From: Octopus sinensis
Taxonomy: Eukaryota
DNA: 64,000 nt
Reading direction: 5' to 3'
Assembly (NCBI RefSeq): GCF_006345805.1
Contig: NC_043020.1
Coordinates: 24,242,001-24,306,000, forward strand
Of the stretch, positions 28,983-43,190 are shown one piece after another (position 1 is the first letter of the stretch; the number at the start of each line of letters is the position of its first letter). Both the position numbers and the translations under genes were made by a program. The notes under the pieces are model-generated. The model was given only the letters and a program-made list of their open reading frames with translations, was not told the DNA's origin and searched no databases.

Positions 28983-29191
28983 GGCGGCGAGCTGGCAGAA
29001 ACGGTAGCACGCTGGGCGAAATGCGTAGCCGTATTTCGTCAGCCGTTACGTTTTGAGTTCAAATTCCGCCGAGGTCGACTTTGCCTTTCATCTTTTCGGG
29101 GTCAATAAATTAAGTACCAGTTGCGCACTGGTACTTTGTCTGTCCTTGTTTGTCCCCTCTATGTTTAGCCCCTTGTGGGCAATAAAGAAAT
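28983..29191 (+). mobile_element. tRNA-derived SINE, family A (near full length)
   Basis: GGCGGCGAGCTGGCAGAAAC head (A-box-like), GAGTTCAAATTCC B box, GTCGACTTTGCCTTTCATC body; many copies in the window. Confidence 0.85.
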
Positions 29192-29511
29192 ATATATATA
29201 TACACACACACACATACACTGTTCGGTGTGAACTTCACTTAAGTATTCTACACGCATACAGTGGTTGTTTCTAAAACGCATTGTTGGAAATATGTAAAGA
29301 TAAAAGATTTACACAATAATGTTGTTTGTGTGTGTGTGGGGTGTGTGTGATTTTTTTCCGGAATATGCGCCTTAAGGATATCAGTTTGCGTATGCATTCA
29401 CATTTCTTTCCGTATTTCATGCTTTGGGATTCATATTTAATATAAGTGTGTGTATACACACACATACACATACACACATATATATACATACAGGTGTGTG
29501 TGCATATGTGT

Positions 29512-29552
<41 letters not shown>

Positions 29553-31858
29553 CCTAATATATGTACATACACACACACAGGTGTGTGCGCGCACACATGC
29601 ACAAACGCATATATATATTTACATATCTTCATGCGTGTGTGTATATATGAGTATACATATAACTATATATGCGTATATGCACGCACCGTATTTATGCTAT
29701 GCGTTTTTACGTTTGCTTCTCTCGTGACATATGCACATACACACACACACATTTTTATTTGTATGTTTCTACTTAGAAATAATATATGCGAATTAGCATA
29801 TCCGGTTACGTTTGCATGAAATGTAACAAACGCTAATTTGCATAATTGCAATATTATTTCATCCTAGCTACATACTTAGAAACTGGCATATCAGCGGATC
29901 ACTTCCCCTTGATTGTTAGAAAATATGAATTAACTTTGCATAATTTCTTATATAAATATACGGAGACATGTATAGTAACCTCCATCGCAATTACGGACGC
30001 CATTGTTAGCATAGAAAATGAATGCTGCCTATTGAAATGCTTAACCACTGCTCATTTGTATACTGTTGCCTTCTTCTATAGATGTGGCTGTATATGATAT
30101 TAACACAATTATCCAGGTTTTGTGAAAGGGTATAGGCATTAAATTTGGTCCCAATACATGACAGGTATTGTATTATAACAACCAGAGAAGGAGTTAGTTA
30201 TATTTATGGGATTTGAGCTGAAATTCCGTCGGTTACGACGACGGCGAGAGTTCCAGTTGATCCGATCAACAGAGCAGCCTGCTTATGAAATTCCTTCACG
30301 TTCCGCGTTTCAAATCCATGTGAAACTTAGTAGATTCTGAAACGAATGCATTTTCTCGGTCGTAACATCCGGTTTTGCCGAATATCGTCGCATGCATATT
30401 TTGAGAGTACCTATGCACTCATTTCAATAACGACAAGTTTTCACTTACTTTCATTCGAATCACACATTAAAAAAAAATTTTTTAAGTCAGGAACGGAAGC
30501 AATAACAATGAGCCATTAATGGATCCCCGAAACTTGTATTAATGAGGTAGCAGTATTTCTTCAAACAAAACAACTGGCCTGAATGAGTCTATGCAACATG
30601 GTGGTTTTTGCTAAAAATAATTTTTAAAAATCGAAACGAAAGGCGAGGTGTTAAACGAGTCGAAGCATTTCATCTCGCTTTGAAAATATGTTTACAGATA
30701 CAAAACTATAAAAAGGAAGATTCCTTTTCATGACTCGTTAAACAATGACTCATATTTTATACTTCCTAAATCTGTCCAAGAGTCATGTATGGATTATGTC
30801 CACCGCGCAATAAAGGACTTCCGTACAGTTTCCTTTATCTAAATTTTGTGCAGAGCGTTTGGGTTGATACGAATTCGCAATAGATTTCACGTTCATAAGG
30901 TGCCTTTTAGAGGAATGAAACTCGTAACCACGTGATTACGAATTGAACCTTTCTCTCTGCACGGCATGGTCATGGCTAGATTGCTTTGGATCAAAGATAT
31001 CTCTTAACACTAGGCTCGTTCTGACCAAAGTCAGATTTAATAATGTCAATCTAATACTAGATATTCTTTAATATAATTATTTTAAAACACATACATTCGC
31101 GCACACGCTCACAAACACAAACGCAAAGAGCTCCCGACAGAGATCTAGACAGATAAGACTGATACATCAAGACAGACTGCCAAATCTAGACAGACGAATG
31201 GATTGGCAGATAGAGAGAGAATAAGGAAGTTTCCGTAAAATATATGAAGCTACAACTGTGCATTAAGTAGTGTAACTAAGGTCCAATCAAAAGGGAGATT
31301 ATAGCAATAGCAATTATGATCTTGCACAGACTGGATCTACTGAAAGACACGTGGATAAACATAGAGAGAAAGAAGGAGAGAGTTACAAGTGAGAGTTACT
31401 GGAAGAGAAGGAAGAAGAAAGACTAAGCAGAAAAGAGGAAGTGCATTTATTGGGACAAAGAATTAACTAACTAGGCAGATGGCTAGCTTCATATATTGAC
31501 ATAATGGCACTCTTTCACAGAGAAACGCAGTCGCAGACACACATATATACACACAAATACTTGAATACACACATACGCGAGCATGGACGTAGGCACTCTC
31601 TCACTCAGGCATTAGGACAGATACAAGCGTTAAGACAGACAGAAAAATACGCAAAATAGAGACCACCCATTCAGTTAAGTCTACAGAAATAGGAATTGAT
31701 ATCAAGGCTAAATTCTTTCGATATTTATTGGGTGTGGGTGGGGGACTTAGATCAAACTGTAAATACCAGCGAAAAGAGCAGCAGCAACAACAACAACAAC
31801 AACAACAACAGCAGAAGATATAAAACGACGGCGACGACTACTACCACGACCACAATGT

Positions 31859-31891
<33 letters not shown>

Positions 31892-32001
31892 CTGTTTCAT
31901 ATAGAGAAAGAGATGAATATATATTATATATATATATATACACACATATACATATATAGATAGATAGATAGATATTATACATATATATATATTATACACA
32001 C

Positions 32002-32069
<68 letters not shown>

Positions 32070-32157
32070 ATAGAGAGAGAGAGGAGAAGAGAGAGAGAGA
32101 GTGTGTGAAACAGTGAATACTGCCCAGTTCTTAAATAAATATACACACGGAACACAC

Positions 32158-32232
<75 letters not shown>

Positions 32233-33037
32233 TATACATATATATATATATATATAATATATAATATATATACACACACACATTTCTCTTTATCTACATG
32301 AAACAGTGTACAATGCCCAGTCTTTAAATAAATATACACACATAAAGTGACATATATATATATATACACCCATATATACTTATATACATACATATGTGTA
32401 CAGAGGAAAGAGAACAGAAAGTCATTCATGTAATATATTAAAGAGATTACAAGGAAGTTGCAGAGAGGGGGAGGGAAGGAGGGAAGGAGAGAATGGTAAA
32501 AAAGTAAGAATTGAAAAACCAAAAATTTCGAAACAAGAAGGAAACATAACAAAAGAGACGCATCACTCTAACAACAACAGCAACAATAGCGCCATCATTA
32601 CATGTAATATATGTAAATATTCCCATAGGCTGTACGTATTCATAGATATCAGGCGCACTTAGATAAATATATACATGCATGAATACACACGCACGTACAC
32701 ACATAAACATATATTAACGCGTAAACATATATAGGGAGTGATATAAGGATACATACATGTATGTATGTAATTACCTACACTTAAATAGATATATATTTTT
32801 TCGCATTCTTTTATACAAACACACAAGCATAAAATATATCTTTGTATACATATCATTAGATATTAATATATATATACATACACACTTATATGTATGTATA
32901 CACATACACACACAGAGAGATGTATATATATATAGATATATAGATCACAAATATGTACATATGTATATATGAATATATATATGTATATATATATATATAT
33001 AAATCACAAATATGTACGTACGTATACATATGAATAC

Positions 33038-33068
<31 letters not shown>

Positions 33069-33346
33069 AACACACACACATACACACATATATATATATA
33101 GGTATGTATTACATCGTTTCATTTGCAATCCAAGCAGCCAGTACATGGAATAAAAGTGATTGCCGCCAATACAAGCCTTTCCAACATGGCCGCCGACTTA
33201 CGGATTAATTTCTATCGATGATGCATCATTCAAGTAACAAAGGCGAAACGGCTCTCATTTTGGCGGATCGTTCCATCTTGAGTGTGATTTACTTATTTAT
33301 TCCTTTGTATTGCCAATCGCCTGAACATATACATACGCACCGATAC

Positions 33347-33423
<77 letters not shown>

Positions 33424-33505
33424 CTATCTGCGCAATGTTAAAGGAGTGTACAGTTTGCAATTTGTATGCAGAGTGTACAAGTGCATTGCTTCATTTACAT
33501 ATATG

Positions 33506-33542
<37 letters not shown>

Positions 33543-33547
33543 ATATA

Positions 33548-33578
<31 letters not shown>

Positions 33579-34207
33579 CATATACACACACATGCACGCA
33601 CACACATCCTCACCGCATATGTGCATTTGTATACATGCACATTTACACCGTTATGTTTGATTGATCACGAAGATTTCTATCTTGTTCGTTCTCTCTCTCC
33701 CCTCTTCCTCCTCTCTTCTCCTTTCTACCCACACGCTATTCTTTTCCCCTTCTTTTTCTCCAATAACTTTATCATTTCCCTTTCTCCTTTCTTCTCTTTC
33801 TCTCCTCGTCTTTATCTTCTCTTTTAAAATCTCTCCCTTAATTTCACAAGTTTCAAATAAACTCTTCTCTCTGTCAACTTTACGATTTTTAAATTACTCA
33901 TACTCTCTCTGTTTCTCCTACTCCCTCCCTCCATTCTTTCTCTGTCTCCCTTCTTTCTCTGTCTCCCTTCTCTCTCTCTCTCTCTCTCTCTCTCCACATC
34001 GTTCTTCTTTGGCTATCAATTCTCTCTATCTTATATCGCCACACTTCCTCTCTCTCCTTTAATCTTTCCTCACTTTCTGTCTCCCCATTACACACACACA
34101 CGCACACACACACTATATGTGTGTTTACATACGTGTACGCGTGCGTTTGTGTGTATGCTTATATCTGTGTGTGTATATGCATGTGTGTGTTCATATAATA
34201 TTTTATG

Positions 34208-34262
<55 letters not shown>

Positions 34263-34839
34263 TGTGTGCGTGTGTGTGTGTGCGTGTGTGTGTGTGTGTG
34301 TGTGAGTGTGAATGTTTTATGTATGTGTAAGTATTCCCGTCTCTCCGCTTTTGGTTTTGTTATTCTATCCCTTACACACACACATACACCATCCTCCCCC
34401 ACATCCCTCTCCACTCCTCTCCCCTGTTTATTGATGTAGAATATCTTTATTGGTTCCATTTGCCAGTTTTTCTGTTGTGATTCAAGAATTTGCTGAGAAG
34501 AATCTTTAATTGGAACGTAGACATTTCCCAAGACTTTGAATCTGGGAACGGATTGATATGCAGAAAGGAGTGGGTGGTGAGGGAGAAGATGGTGCGGTGT
34601 TCGGGGTGGTTGCAGAAAGATTATGGGTGCTTAAAGGGTGGATCGATTACTTTATTTTCTATACATTGGCTTAAGTACCTGCAAAAATAACTACCGTCTC
34701 TATCTATTTATCGATCTGGCTTTCTATCTATCTATCCAGATATACATTTATCTATCAAGTTAGTTGGTTGTTACTTATTTGTTGTTGTATATTCATTTTC
34801 TATTTATCTATTTTTATATCTATCAATGTTTACATTCAA

Positions 34840-34930
<91 letters not shown>

Positions 34931-35474
34931 GCTAGCTATCTGTCTGTCTCTGTCCATCCGTGTGACTCTGTCTAACCATGTATCTTTCTCTGTCCATGGA
35001 GCTCTCAGTCTATCCATGTAGCTCACTCCGTCCATTTAACTGTTTGTTTATCTAACGCCCTGCCTATTCATGTAGCTCTCTCTATTCACGTAGCTCTCTC
35101 TCTCTGTCTATGTAGATCTCTCTATGTCTCCGTTTATCTCTCTAGGTTTCCCTCTGTCTACACACTATCACATCTCGCTTGCTCTTTCTCTCTCTCTTCC
35201 TTCGCTCTTTCTCTCTATATATTTCCCTCCCTTTCATTCGGTGTATACACCCGCTCACAATACACATTGACTGTAGACATAGTATGAACGAAACGTTAAG
35301 AAATTCCCTTTGCAACCACGAGATCACAGATTCAATCTTACTATGTTGCACCCAGGGTAAATATTCTTTGCAATAACCTCAAATTCTCCTGAGCAAATTT
35401 AGGTGGGCGAAACTGCAGAGAAGCCTTTCATATGGATTGTATTTTAAATTTAGAGGTACCGTCTCCTAACACGT

Positions 35475-35830
35475 AATGTAGCGGTTCGGCAAAAGAATAA
35501 GTACAAGGCTTACAAAGAATAAGTACTAGGCTTACAAAGAATAAGTCCTGGGGTCGTTTTGCTCGACAAAAGGCGGTGCTCCAGCAGTCAAATGACTGAA
35601 ACAGGTAAAAGAGTAAAAGAGAGTGTAATATATATGTGCGTGTGTTCCCCCACTATCGCCTGACAGCAGGTATTGATTTTTTTGAGTCCTCATAACTTAG
35701 AAGTTCGACAAAAAGGGACCGGGGAAATAAGTACCAAAAATTTACTCGGGTCGATTTGTTCGACCAAACCCTTCGAGGCAGTGCTCCAGTATGACCGCAG
35801 CCGAATGATAGAAACGAGCAAGAATGACAC
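35475..35830 (+). mobile_element. Two SINE family B 3' fragments
   Basis: GCGGTTCGGCAAAA...GGCGGTGCTCCAGCA and a second diverged copy directly after. Confidence 0.7.
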
Positions 35831-36460
35831 ACACCCACACACGTGTGCGTGCATGTGTGTATATTATTATTATTATTATTACTAGTATTCTATTAATATA
35901 TGATACTCGAACAAAATTAGTGAAATAATATTAATACTGATTAATTAGGAGAAATTTAATGAATTAAAATGATTGATGCTATTTCTGCTCATAGTGCGAG
36001 TGTTTGTATGCGTATACAATTATAGACACATAATATATGTATAATCAAGTGTGTGTGTACTAAAACATACACTTAGAACGGCATTAGCCAGATTGTCGGC
36101 CATCACTTTAATTAAATATGGCTTTTAATTACCTGGAATTTAATTAATATTATTTAACTAAATTTCATTTGACAATCATGAAATAAATTTCTGAGGTTCT
36201 TTCGCATTTTAATATTACACTGGAAGAACTTTCAGCTATGCCGTGATAAATCTCGAAATAGCGCAACCCCATCGTGCTTACAAGAATTCTGGTCTTTGTA
36301 GTGATTCTTTGAGAAGTAGAATCTTGTCGCCTCGTCGATCCTACGAGAATGCAAGGACTTCAATAAACAGGTGTTAAATCGTCCTCAAATACCAAACTAC
36401 TATTTTAAATATGAGAGACGCGTTCAGTACTGCAGTCCGAAATCTCTCCCTCTCTCTCTC

Positions 36461-36501
<41 letters not shown>

Positions 36502-36857
36502 AAGTACAATCTTTATTGGTGTTGGTCATCATAAACACCCATGTCAAAGTCTGACAGTTCATGATTTTTATTGGGTAAGACAGCCGTGGACTCTATTATC
36601 TTCTGTTGGTTTATTTACAATTTCATAAGATGCCTGCTCTCCCTAGTAGGTGGCCACAGACACACACACACACACACACACACAAACATACATATGAGTG
36701 TGTGTATATGTATGTATGTGTGTGTCTATATGTATCCATATAAATATGTATGTATGTATATGTATGTATGTACATATATATATGTATATATATGTATATA
36801 TATATATTTATATATATACATATATTTATATGTATATATATATGTATATATATATGA

Positions 36858-36915
<58 letters not shown>

Positions 36916-36941
36916 TTATATATATCTATTTATATATATAC

Positions 36942-36976
<35 letters not shown>

Positions 36977-37103
36977 TGTATGTATATATATATTTATATA
37001 TATATATGTGTATATGTATGTATATATATTTATATATATATATATATATGTATATGTATGTATATGTATGCATATGTATATGTATGTATATGTATGCATA
37101 TGT

Positions 37104-37134
<31 letters not shown>

Positions 37135-37442
37135 TACGTATATATATATACATGTATGCATGAATGTATGTGCGTATATATGAGAAATAACTCCATATAA
37201 CCAGCGCTATGGACTTAAACACAAGGACGAAGAAGAATATATCAAACAAGCAAGCCAGCTGAATTCCAGATTTATTCAAATTATCCTTTCTTCCAGAGAA
37301 GGTAGAACAGTTGCTAGGTGTCAGCTGGTACTAATTCCAAATGTCAGGGGGAGATAACCTCGAGAATCAAGAATTCTCCAACGTTCACAGGAAAAGATGG
37401 TCGCATCGTTTTGGCGGCTTTACGACAGCCAATGGCACTTAC

Positions 37443-37570
37443 CTTTGTTTCCTTAAAGGTTTTGTTTCCATAAACGATATTAGAAGACATGTACAAAAGT
37501 AAGAAAAAAGGAATTTGCGCAAAAGCAGGAAAATTCTCCAAGAGCAATATCTCAAAATGAATAACAGCAT
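37443..37570 (-). CDS. Second candidate first exon (hydrophobic N-terminus, phase 2)
   Basis: ATG at 37570, 42 codons MLLFILRYCSWRIFLLLRKFLFSYFCTCLLISFMETKPLRKQ + AG, donor AG|GTAAGT; AG|T gives Ser with the 26861 exon. A TATA-like TTTTATATAA lies about 170 nt upstream. Could be chance. Confidence 0.25.
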
Positions 37571-38637
37571 TTTAAATAAACATCCTGGTTTGTTCGAATT
37601 ATCTCCGTTTCTAAAAGAGGTCTAACATTTTCTGTGGGTTCTAATTGCAGACAATTTTTCCTCTGGAATCGGAAACAATTTCATTAAATCAGAAATTCAT
37701 CTTCAAAATGTATATAACGTGCTCTTCTCCTTTGTTATATAAAAGCCCCAACCGTGACCATCCAAAGATCTTTCAAAAATATTCTACATGAGAATATATT
37801 ATTCATTGTGGGCTTTTCTCAAGGGCTGTTTGCTGCTATTTGTGCAGGTTGTCAAGGGATCTATAAATGTAATCGATCTTCTGCATGTTAAAGAAAAAAA
37901 AAAAACAAAGAAACTAAAATAACCCCTATTTTATATTTATCAACAAACTCTAACCTTCAAAAACACCACCACCACCCTGCCAAGGGTTTTCATAAGGTAA
38001 TTAGTAATATCGACAAATTAGCCCCTGACAGACTGTTTTCGTGTTCATGGATTAACTCAGCAATAAAATTAATCTGTAAATTGATGAGGAGAAAAGGGAG
38101 GGGGTTGTTAATCCCCTTAACGGGTGGCAAGGATATTAATTAAAGCAGATGTCAAATGAAACGATTATGATGATAATGAAGACGACGAGGGCGGCGACGA
38201 CGAGGACGATGACATGATAATGATGATGGTGGTGGTGGTAGTGATGATGATAATGTTGGTGTAGGTGATGATGATAATGTTGGTGTAGGTGATGATGAGT
38301 GCGGCATCGATGAGGACAATAATGGTGGTTGTGGTGGTGAGAAAGATAATAATCATGATGATGGAAATGGTGATGACGACGACAACGACGATGGTGATTG
38401 CAATAATGATGACGGTCATGATGACAATTATAGGGATTTGACGATCATGATGATGCTGATGTTGACACTGATGTTGATGATGATAGTGGGTATAATGATA
38501 GGGGGTGGTGGTGATTGATAATGATGATTAAAATGGCAACAATTCTGAGGATAATGAGGTGGATGACAATGGTAGATACAGAATCAATGGTGATGATATT
38601 GGTGATAGCTAAGCTTCATTATAAATGCCAATGATAA

Positions 38638-38952
38638 GGCGGCAAGCAAGCAGAATCGTTAGCAAACCGGGCCTAATGCTTAGCGGTATTTTTCCTGTCT
38701 TGATGTTCTGAGTTCAAATTCTACTGAGGTCGACTTTACCTGTCTTCCTTTCGGGGTTGACGAAAATAAGTACCAGTTACGCCCTGGGGTTGATGTAATC
38801 GACTTATCCTCTCCCCGATATTACTGACCGAGGTCGACTTCGCCTTTTATACTTTCGTGGTCGACAAAACGAATACCAGTTGAATACTGGGGTCGATGTA
38901 GTCGACTGTCCCCCACCAACAAATTTCAGACCTTGAACCTATATTAGAAAGG

Positions 38953-38953
<1 letters not shown>
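38638..38953 (+). mobile_element. SINE family A copy with internal partial duplication
   Basis: GGCGGCAAGCAAGCAGAATCG head, GAGTTCAAATTC, a repeated GAGGTCGACTT segment, ends AGAAAGGATTATT. Confidence 0.75.
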
Positions 38954-39020
<67 letters not shown>

Positions 39021-39022
<2 letters not shown>

Positions 39023-40086
39023 GTTTGACTTTTGCTTTACATTTGCACAAGCTGGCTCCAAGTCTCACCCAGAGACCTCAAGAGACAACAAGTTGGAAGT
39101 TTATGTTGGTGTTATGCCTAGGGTGCCATATACTTGGTTTTGTACTTAGTGTTGTACTAGTGAATGCCTAAAAAAACCTACGAAAATTGTTTGTTTTAAA
39201 ACTTGAGATTACACAGAAAGTATTTTGCGTAGGATATGAGCAGTTCCCATGAGCACTATCTTTTGAATTTCTGACATTTTGGGGTTTCCTGGTATCTGAG
39301 TTAGGTAGCAATTAGCCCATTTTGCTATCATTCAATCCTTACTGCGTTTTTATCAGCCCCGGGTTGGTCTATAATTATTTCCTCTGTATTATCTTCTTTA
39401 ACTGCGGCTTCGTTGTTTTTATCCGTTACTGCTTGTTTGATTTGGTCAATCTCTACTTCAGTCAGTAATTTTTTATTTATAATGTTTCTTCTGACGTTGG
39501 CAAGTTTGTTACTGTCTATGTAGGGTCTTACTTCAGGGTGTTTCTGTCTCCAGTTTATGTAGGTTCGTACTTTGTTAGATTTATCTTGGGGGAAATATAT
39601 GGCATGATAGAAGGCTGCAAGAACTTCCTTATTATCTTCCTTAGACCATTTTTCATTCTTTTTCTTTTGGTTATTTGATGACGGGCATGGATGGCCATCT
39701 GTTGGAATATTCCGATTGTGGGGTACGTTCAGCTCCTGTGTGTCGGGAAGATTTGAACCAGTGGCTGATTTTTCAATCAGAATTTGGTACAATGTTCAGG
39801 TTTGTGGTCTTTTGTAAACCGATCGATTACCATTGCGGTTTGTAATTTGTTTTGTTGACATTGAGGCATGACGAGCTTCGGCTCTTACATTAGGAGTCGG
39901 ATCTGTCAGTTTAGGGTTAAGTTTTTGCGACGACACTGCCTCTGAATGTAAACATCGCTCGTAGCGTAATTTCTGAAGGCTAGCAGATCTGTTTCCGTCT
40001 GTACATAGTATTTTTTGTGGTGTTTTTTAAACTTATGAAGGGTTCACTCTGTCTGTGTTAGTTCGAAAAAATGATAGTAAAATAAC
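39021..40086 (-). mobile_element. Internally deleted R4/Dong-like non-LTR retroelement in a (TAA)n tract
   Basis: N-terminal region KWSKEDNKEVLAAFYHA...KLANVRRNIINKKLLTEVEIDQIK (39328-39861, one premature stop) abuts, out of frame, the C-terminal ...LTQIPGNPKMSEIQKIVLMGTAHILRKILSV* (39209-39333); about 190-nt 3' UTR; (TAT)n on both sides (38953-39020, 40087-40097). No RT present. Confidence 0.75.
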
Positions 40087-40098
40087 TATTATTATTAA

Positions 40099-40530
40099 GG
40101 CGGTGAGCTGGTCGAATCGTTAGCATGCTGAACGAAATGGTTAGAGGTGTTTCACTCGTCTCTACATTCTGAGTTCAAATTCCGTCGAGGTTGCCTTTGC
40201 TTTTCATGCTTTCGAGATCGATAAATGAAGAACCAGTCAAATATTGGAGTCGATATAATCCCCTAGTCTCATCCCCACACCCAAATTTCAGGTCTTGTGC
40301 CTATTGTAGAAAGGATTACTAAAGTGGCGAGCTAACAAGGTCGTTAGCACGCCGGACAAAATACTTTGCGACATTTCGTCCGTTTTCTACATTCCAAGTT
40401 CAAATGCCGTCGAGGGCAGCCTTTCATCATTTTGCTGTCGATGACGTAAGCACCAGTGAAGCACTGGGGTCGATCTAATCGACTAGCCTCTTCCCCACAA
40501 ATTTCAGGCCTTGTATCTGTAGTAGAAAGG
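40099..40530 (+). mobile_element. Two tandem SINE family A copies
   Basis: Heads at about 40099 and 40324, each ending ...GTAGAAAGG. Confidence 0.75.
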
Positions 40531-40560
40531 TTCATCAATGGTGATAATGGTAATTATTTC

Positions 40561-40605
<45 letters not shown>

Positions 40606-41110
40606 TGATATGCTTTTATGTGTGTGTGAATGAAGTTTGGATTTGTTTCAGTGAGTGATTGACGAAAGGCCTCCTTTTATCTGGATTCACTACACATCAG
40701 CATCTCCATGAGCTCACCTTCACGACGGATATTTTCTGGAAGACTAGAATTTGCGTATTCATAAAAGTTAGCCGTTTCCCTCCACACCAACGGAAAGGCC
40801 GTTCCCTAAAGAGCGAAACAGTTTGCCCCAATGCCATCAATTGCGTCATTATCAGATAGCAATCAGCCAGAACATAAAACACGAGTCATTCTACAGAAGG
40901 GATCAATGAATTTACCAATTTCCACCCGGAGAGGAAACTGAAGAGAAGGTCAGTCCAAGAGGTCTCGGGAGGCCCGCAGAGGTCATGGATTCAAACACCA
41001 GCTGAACATCACCGGCTCTTCGCTCTCTCTATCTATCTACCAATATAGGGAAGTATATATGTGGGCATACATGTAAATATATGTAGCTATATACATCCAT
41101 GAATATACGT

Positions 41111-41179
<69 letters not shown>

Positions 41180-41984
41180 CAAAGATATATATATGTATAT
41201 TTATAAGTATATGTACATAGGTAGGTATATACAGGTTTAGGTGTATATGTATATATATGCATATGTGTTTGGTGTATATATGTTTTAGTATACATATTTA
41301 TATGTATGCATGTATGTTTTTAGGTATATATAGGCACGTGTGTTTGAGTGCGCAAGATTCTAATAAATAATCTGTAAATATATACACGAATCTGCTAATT
41401 TCTACATATATGTAACAGAACTACTCTCGCTAGTGTCAATTTTCATTACACACACATACACACACACACACACGAACAAACATATGTACATACACACTGT
41501 TACTTTCCAGATTAGTTGCCACAATCTCTGGAGCAAAGAAATCAATCGTCCAAATTCAATTCCCAGCAAATATAATATTTACTATTTCTGGATTAATATA
41601 GTTAATAGGAAATTGGGTTATCGTATGCTAACTATTTATATCTATATAAAGACACAGTCTTTATATAGCATTCAGTAACATTTACCTCTATATCTTGGCT
41701 TTTTCTTTTAACTGCTAACAAAGCCGCCATTTTATCTCATTTTTACGTCATTTTATTTTAGTGTTTTTCGGCGACGTAGGAGGCAATTTTATATTGGATT
41801 CAATAAAAAGGATTCTGTTTAATGTATTACTGAATAAACGTGGAAATCTTAATTATATAAATGGTTTGGTGTGCTAGAAATAGGAGCCAAATCTCCCTCA
41901 GATTACGGTTGATCGTCTTTAAAATATGAAAGACATATTCGTTACTGTATGTGTAGATATAAGTGCAAACTTTGCGATTAAGAA

Positions 41985-42365
41985 GCTCCCTTTGCTAGCA
42001 CATGATTTCGAGTTCTGTTCCACGACGCAGCACCTTGAACAAAACTTGTATCTACAGCTCCGCAGCGCTCAATACTTTGAGTGAATTTGAGATCCGGAAG
42101 TTGTATGGAAGCCCGTCGTATATATATATATATATATATATGTAATATTTATGCGTATGTCTTTGTGTCTATATGTCTCCACCGCCGCTTGACAACCGGT
42201 GTTCGTCTCTGCTTTAGTGTTTCAGTAAGAGAAACCGATAGAATAAATATCAAATTAAAAAAAAAAAAATTAAGTAGTGGAGTTGATTTGTTCGATTAAA
42301 ATCCTTCTAGGAGCTGCCCCAGCATGGCCGTAGTCCAATGACAAACAATTGAAGGAGTAAGATAT
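41985..42365 (+). mobile_element. SINE family B-like copy (diverged)
   Basis: GAAGCCCGTCGTATAT...TTGACAACCGGTGT...CCCAGCATGGCCG. Confidence 0.65.
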
Positions 42366-42639
42366 ACAGTAAAGGTTTTAAATAAGAGTGTACAAGTTAG
42401 CAAATCTTCGATGAATGGCTGTTTGAATGACCTGAGGGTTAAGCAACAGTAATAATGGCAACCAAACCATCATGACTGAGATGACAATCATTAGATGATC
42501 AATCGAGGCTGAAGTGACGAAAGGGATGGAATGATCACATATGCTACTCAATACGCTAACAGTAGAGAAGTACAGGAGCTGGAGGACCACACTAGATTAA
42601 ATGCCTGTTGGAACACGAGTTCAGTTAAACCAATAAGTA

Positions 42640-43190
42640 CGAAGTCTGATCAAAATTTAGAGGGACTGTTGCTATGGTAACAGATCTAAATTTAAAAGTT
42701 AAAGTTAAAAAGTTTAAAGTTTAAAGTTAAAGTTAAAGGCCGCCTCGCATAGATTAGCCTTGAACTCTGTCCATGCAAGTTATAGTGTTCTCGTTCACTA
42801 ACGTTGTATATAGCTGTACTTGGAAGTAAAGTGGGTTGAGTGCGGTCGTCTCGAAAAGACGATCGGGTTTCAGTTGCTCAGGATCTCCTTGATTGTGTCA
42901 AGTCAGACAGAAACATCTTGAAAGCAGTCATAAAAGGAGACGAATCGTGCGTCTATGGCTATGACAGCGACAGCAAGGCTCACTCTTTGCAGTGGAAGAC
43001 ACCCCAACAAGATTTAAAGACGGCGAAGAAATCAGCCCCCACCCCAAAAAATGTGACGAAGTAGCTGCTCACTATCCCCTAAAGAGAAGTTCTAGGAATG
43101 CTTCTATGAAAGGGGAGTACATGGAAGGAGGTTAAATGTGTTGTAGTTCATTTTATAGCACCGGTCCCTATATATTTTGGCCAGATCTCG
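42640..43190 (+). mobile_element. Internally deleted mariner element with TA target duplication
   Basis: TIRs TA-CGAAGTCTGATCAAAATTTAGAGGGAC and GTCCCTATATATTTTGGCCAGATCTCG-TA; transposase remnant RVSVAQDLLDCVKSDRNILKAVIKGDESCVYGYD...QWK and C-terminal KGEYMEGG*. Confidence 0.85.

Noticed and set aside
36282-36340. 59-nt candidate minus exon (DRRGDKILLLKESLQRPEF) ending in phase 2
   Set aside because: Weak donor context (CTT|GTAAGC) and no recognisable homology; cannot be supported without RNA data.
37344-37547. Supplied 67-aa minus ORF starting at TTG
   Set aside because: Non-ATG start right after a stop, and it reads through a strong GTAAGT donor; the alternative ATG frame is listed as a low-confidence exon instead.
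40718-40805. 88-nt candidate minus exon with a good acceptor and AG|GTGAG donor
   Set aside because: Not frame-preserving alone and no FAS1 similarity; it stays open only when paired with the weak 36282-36340 candidate.
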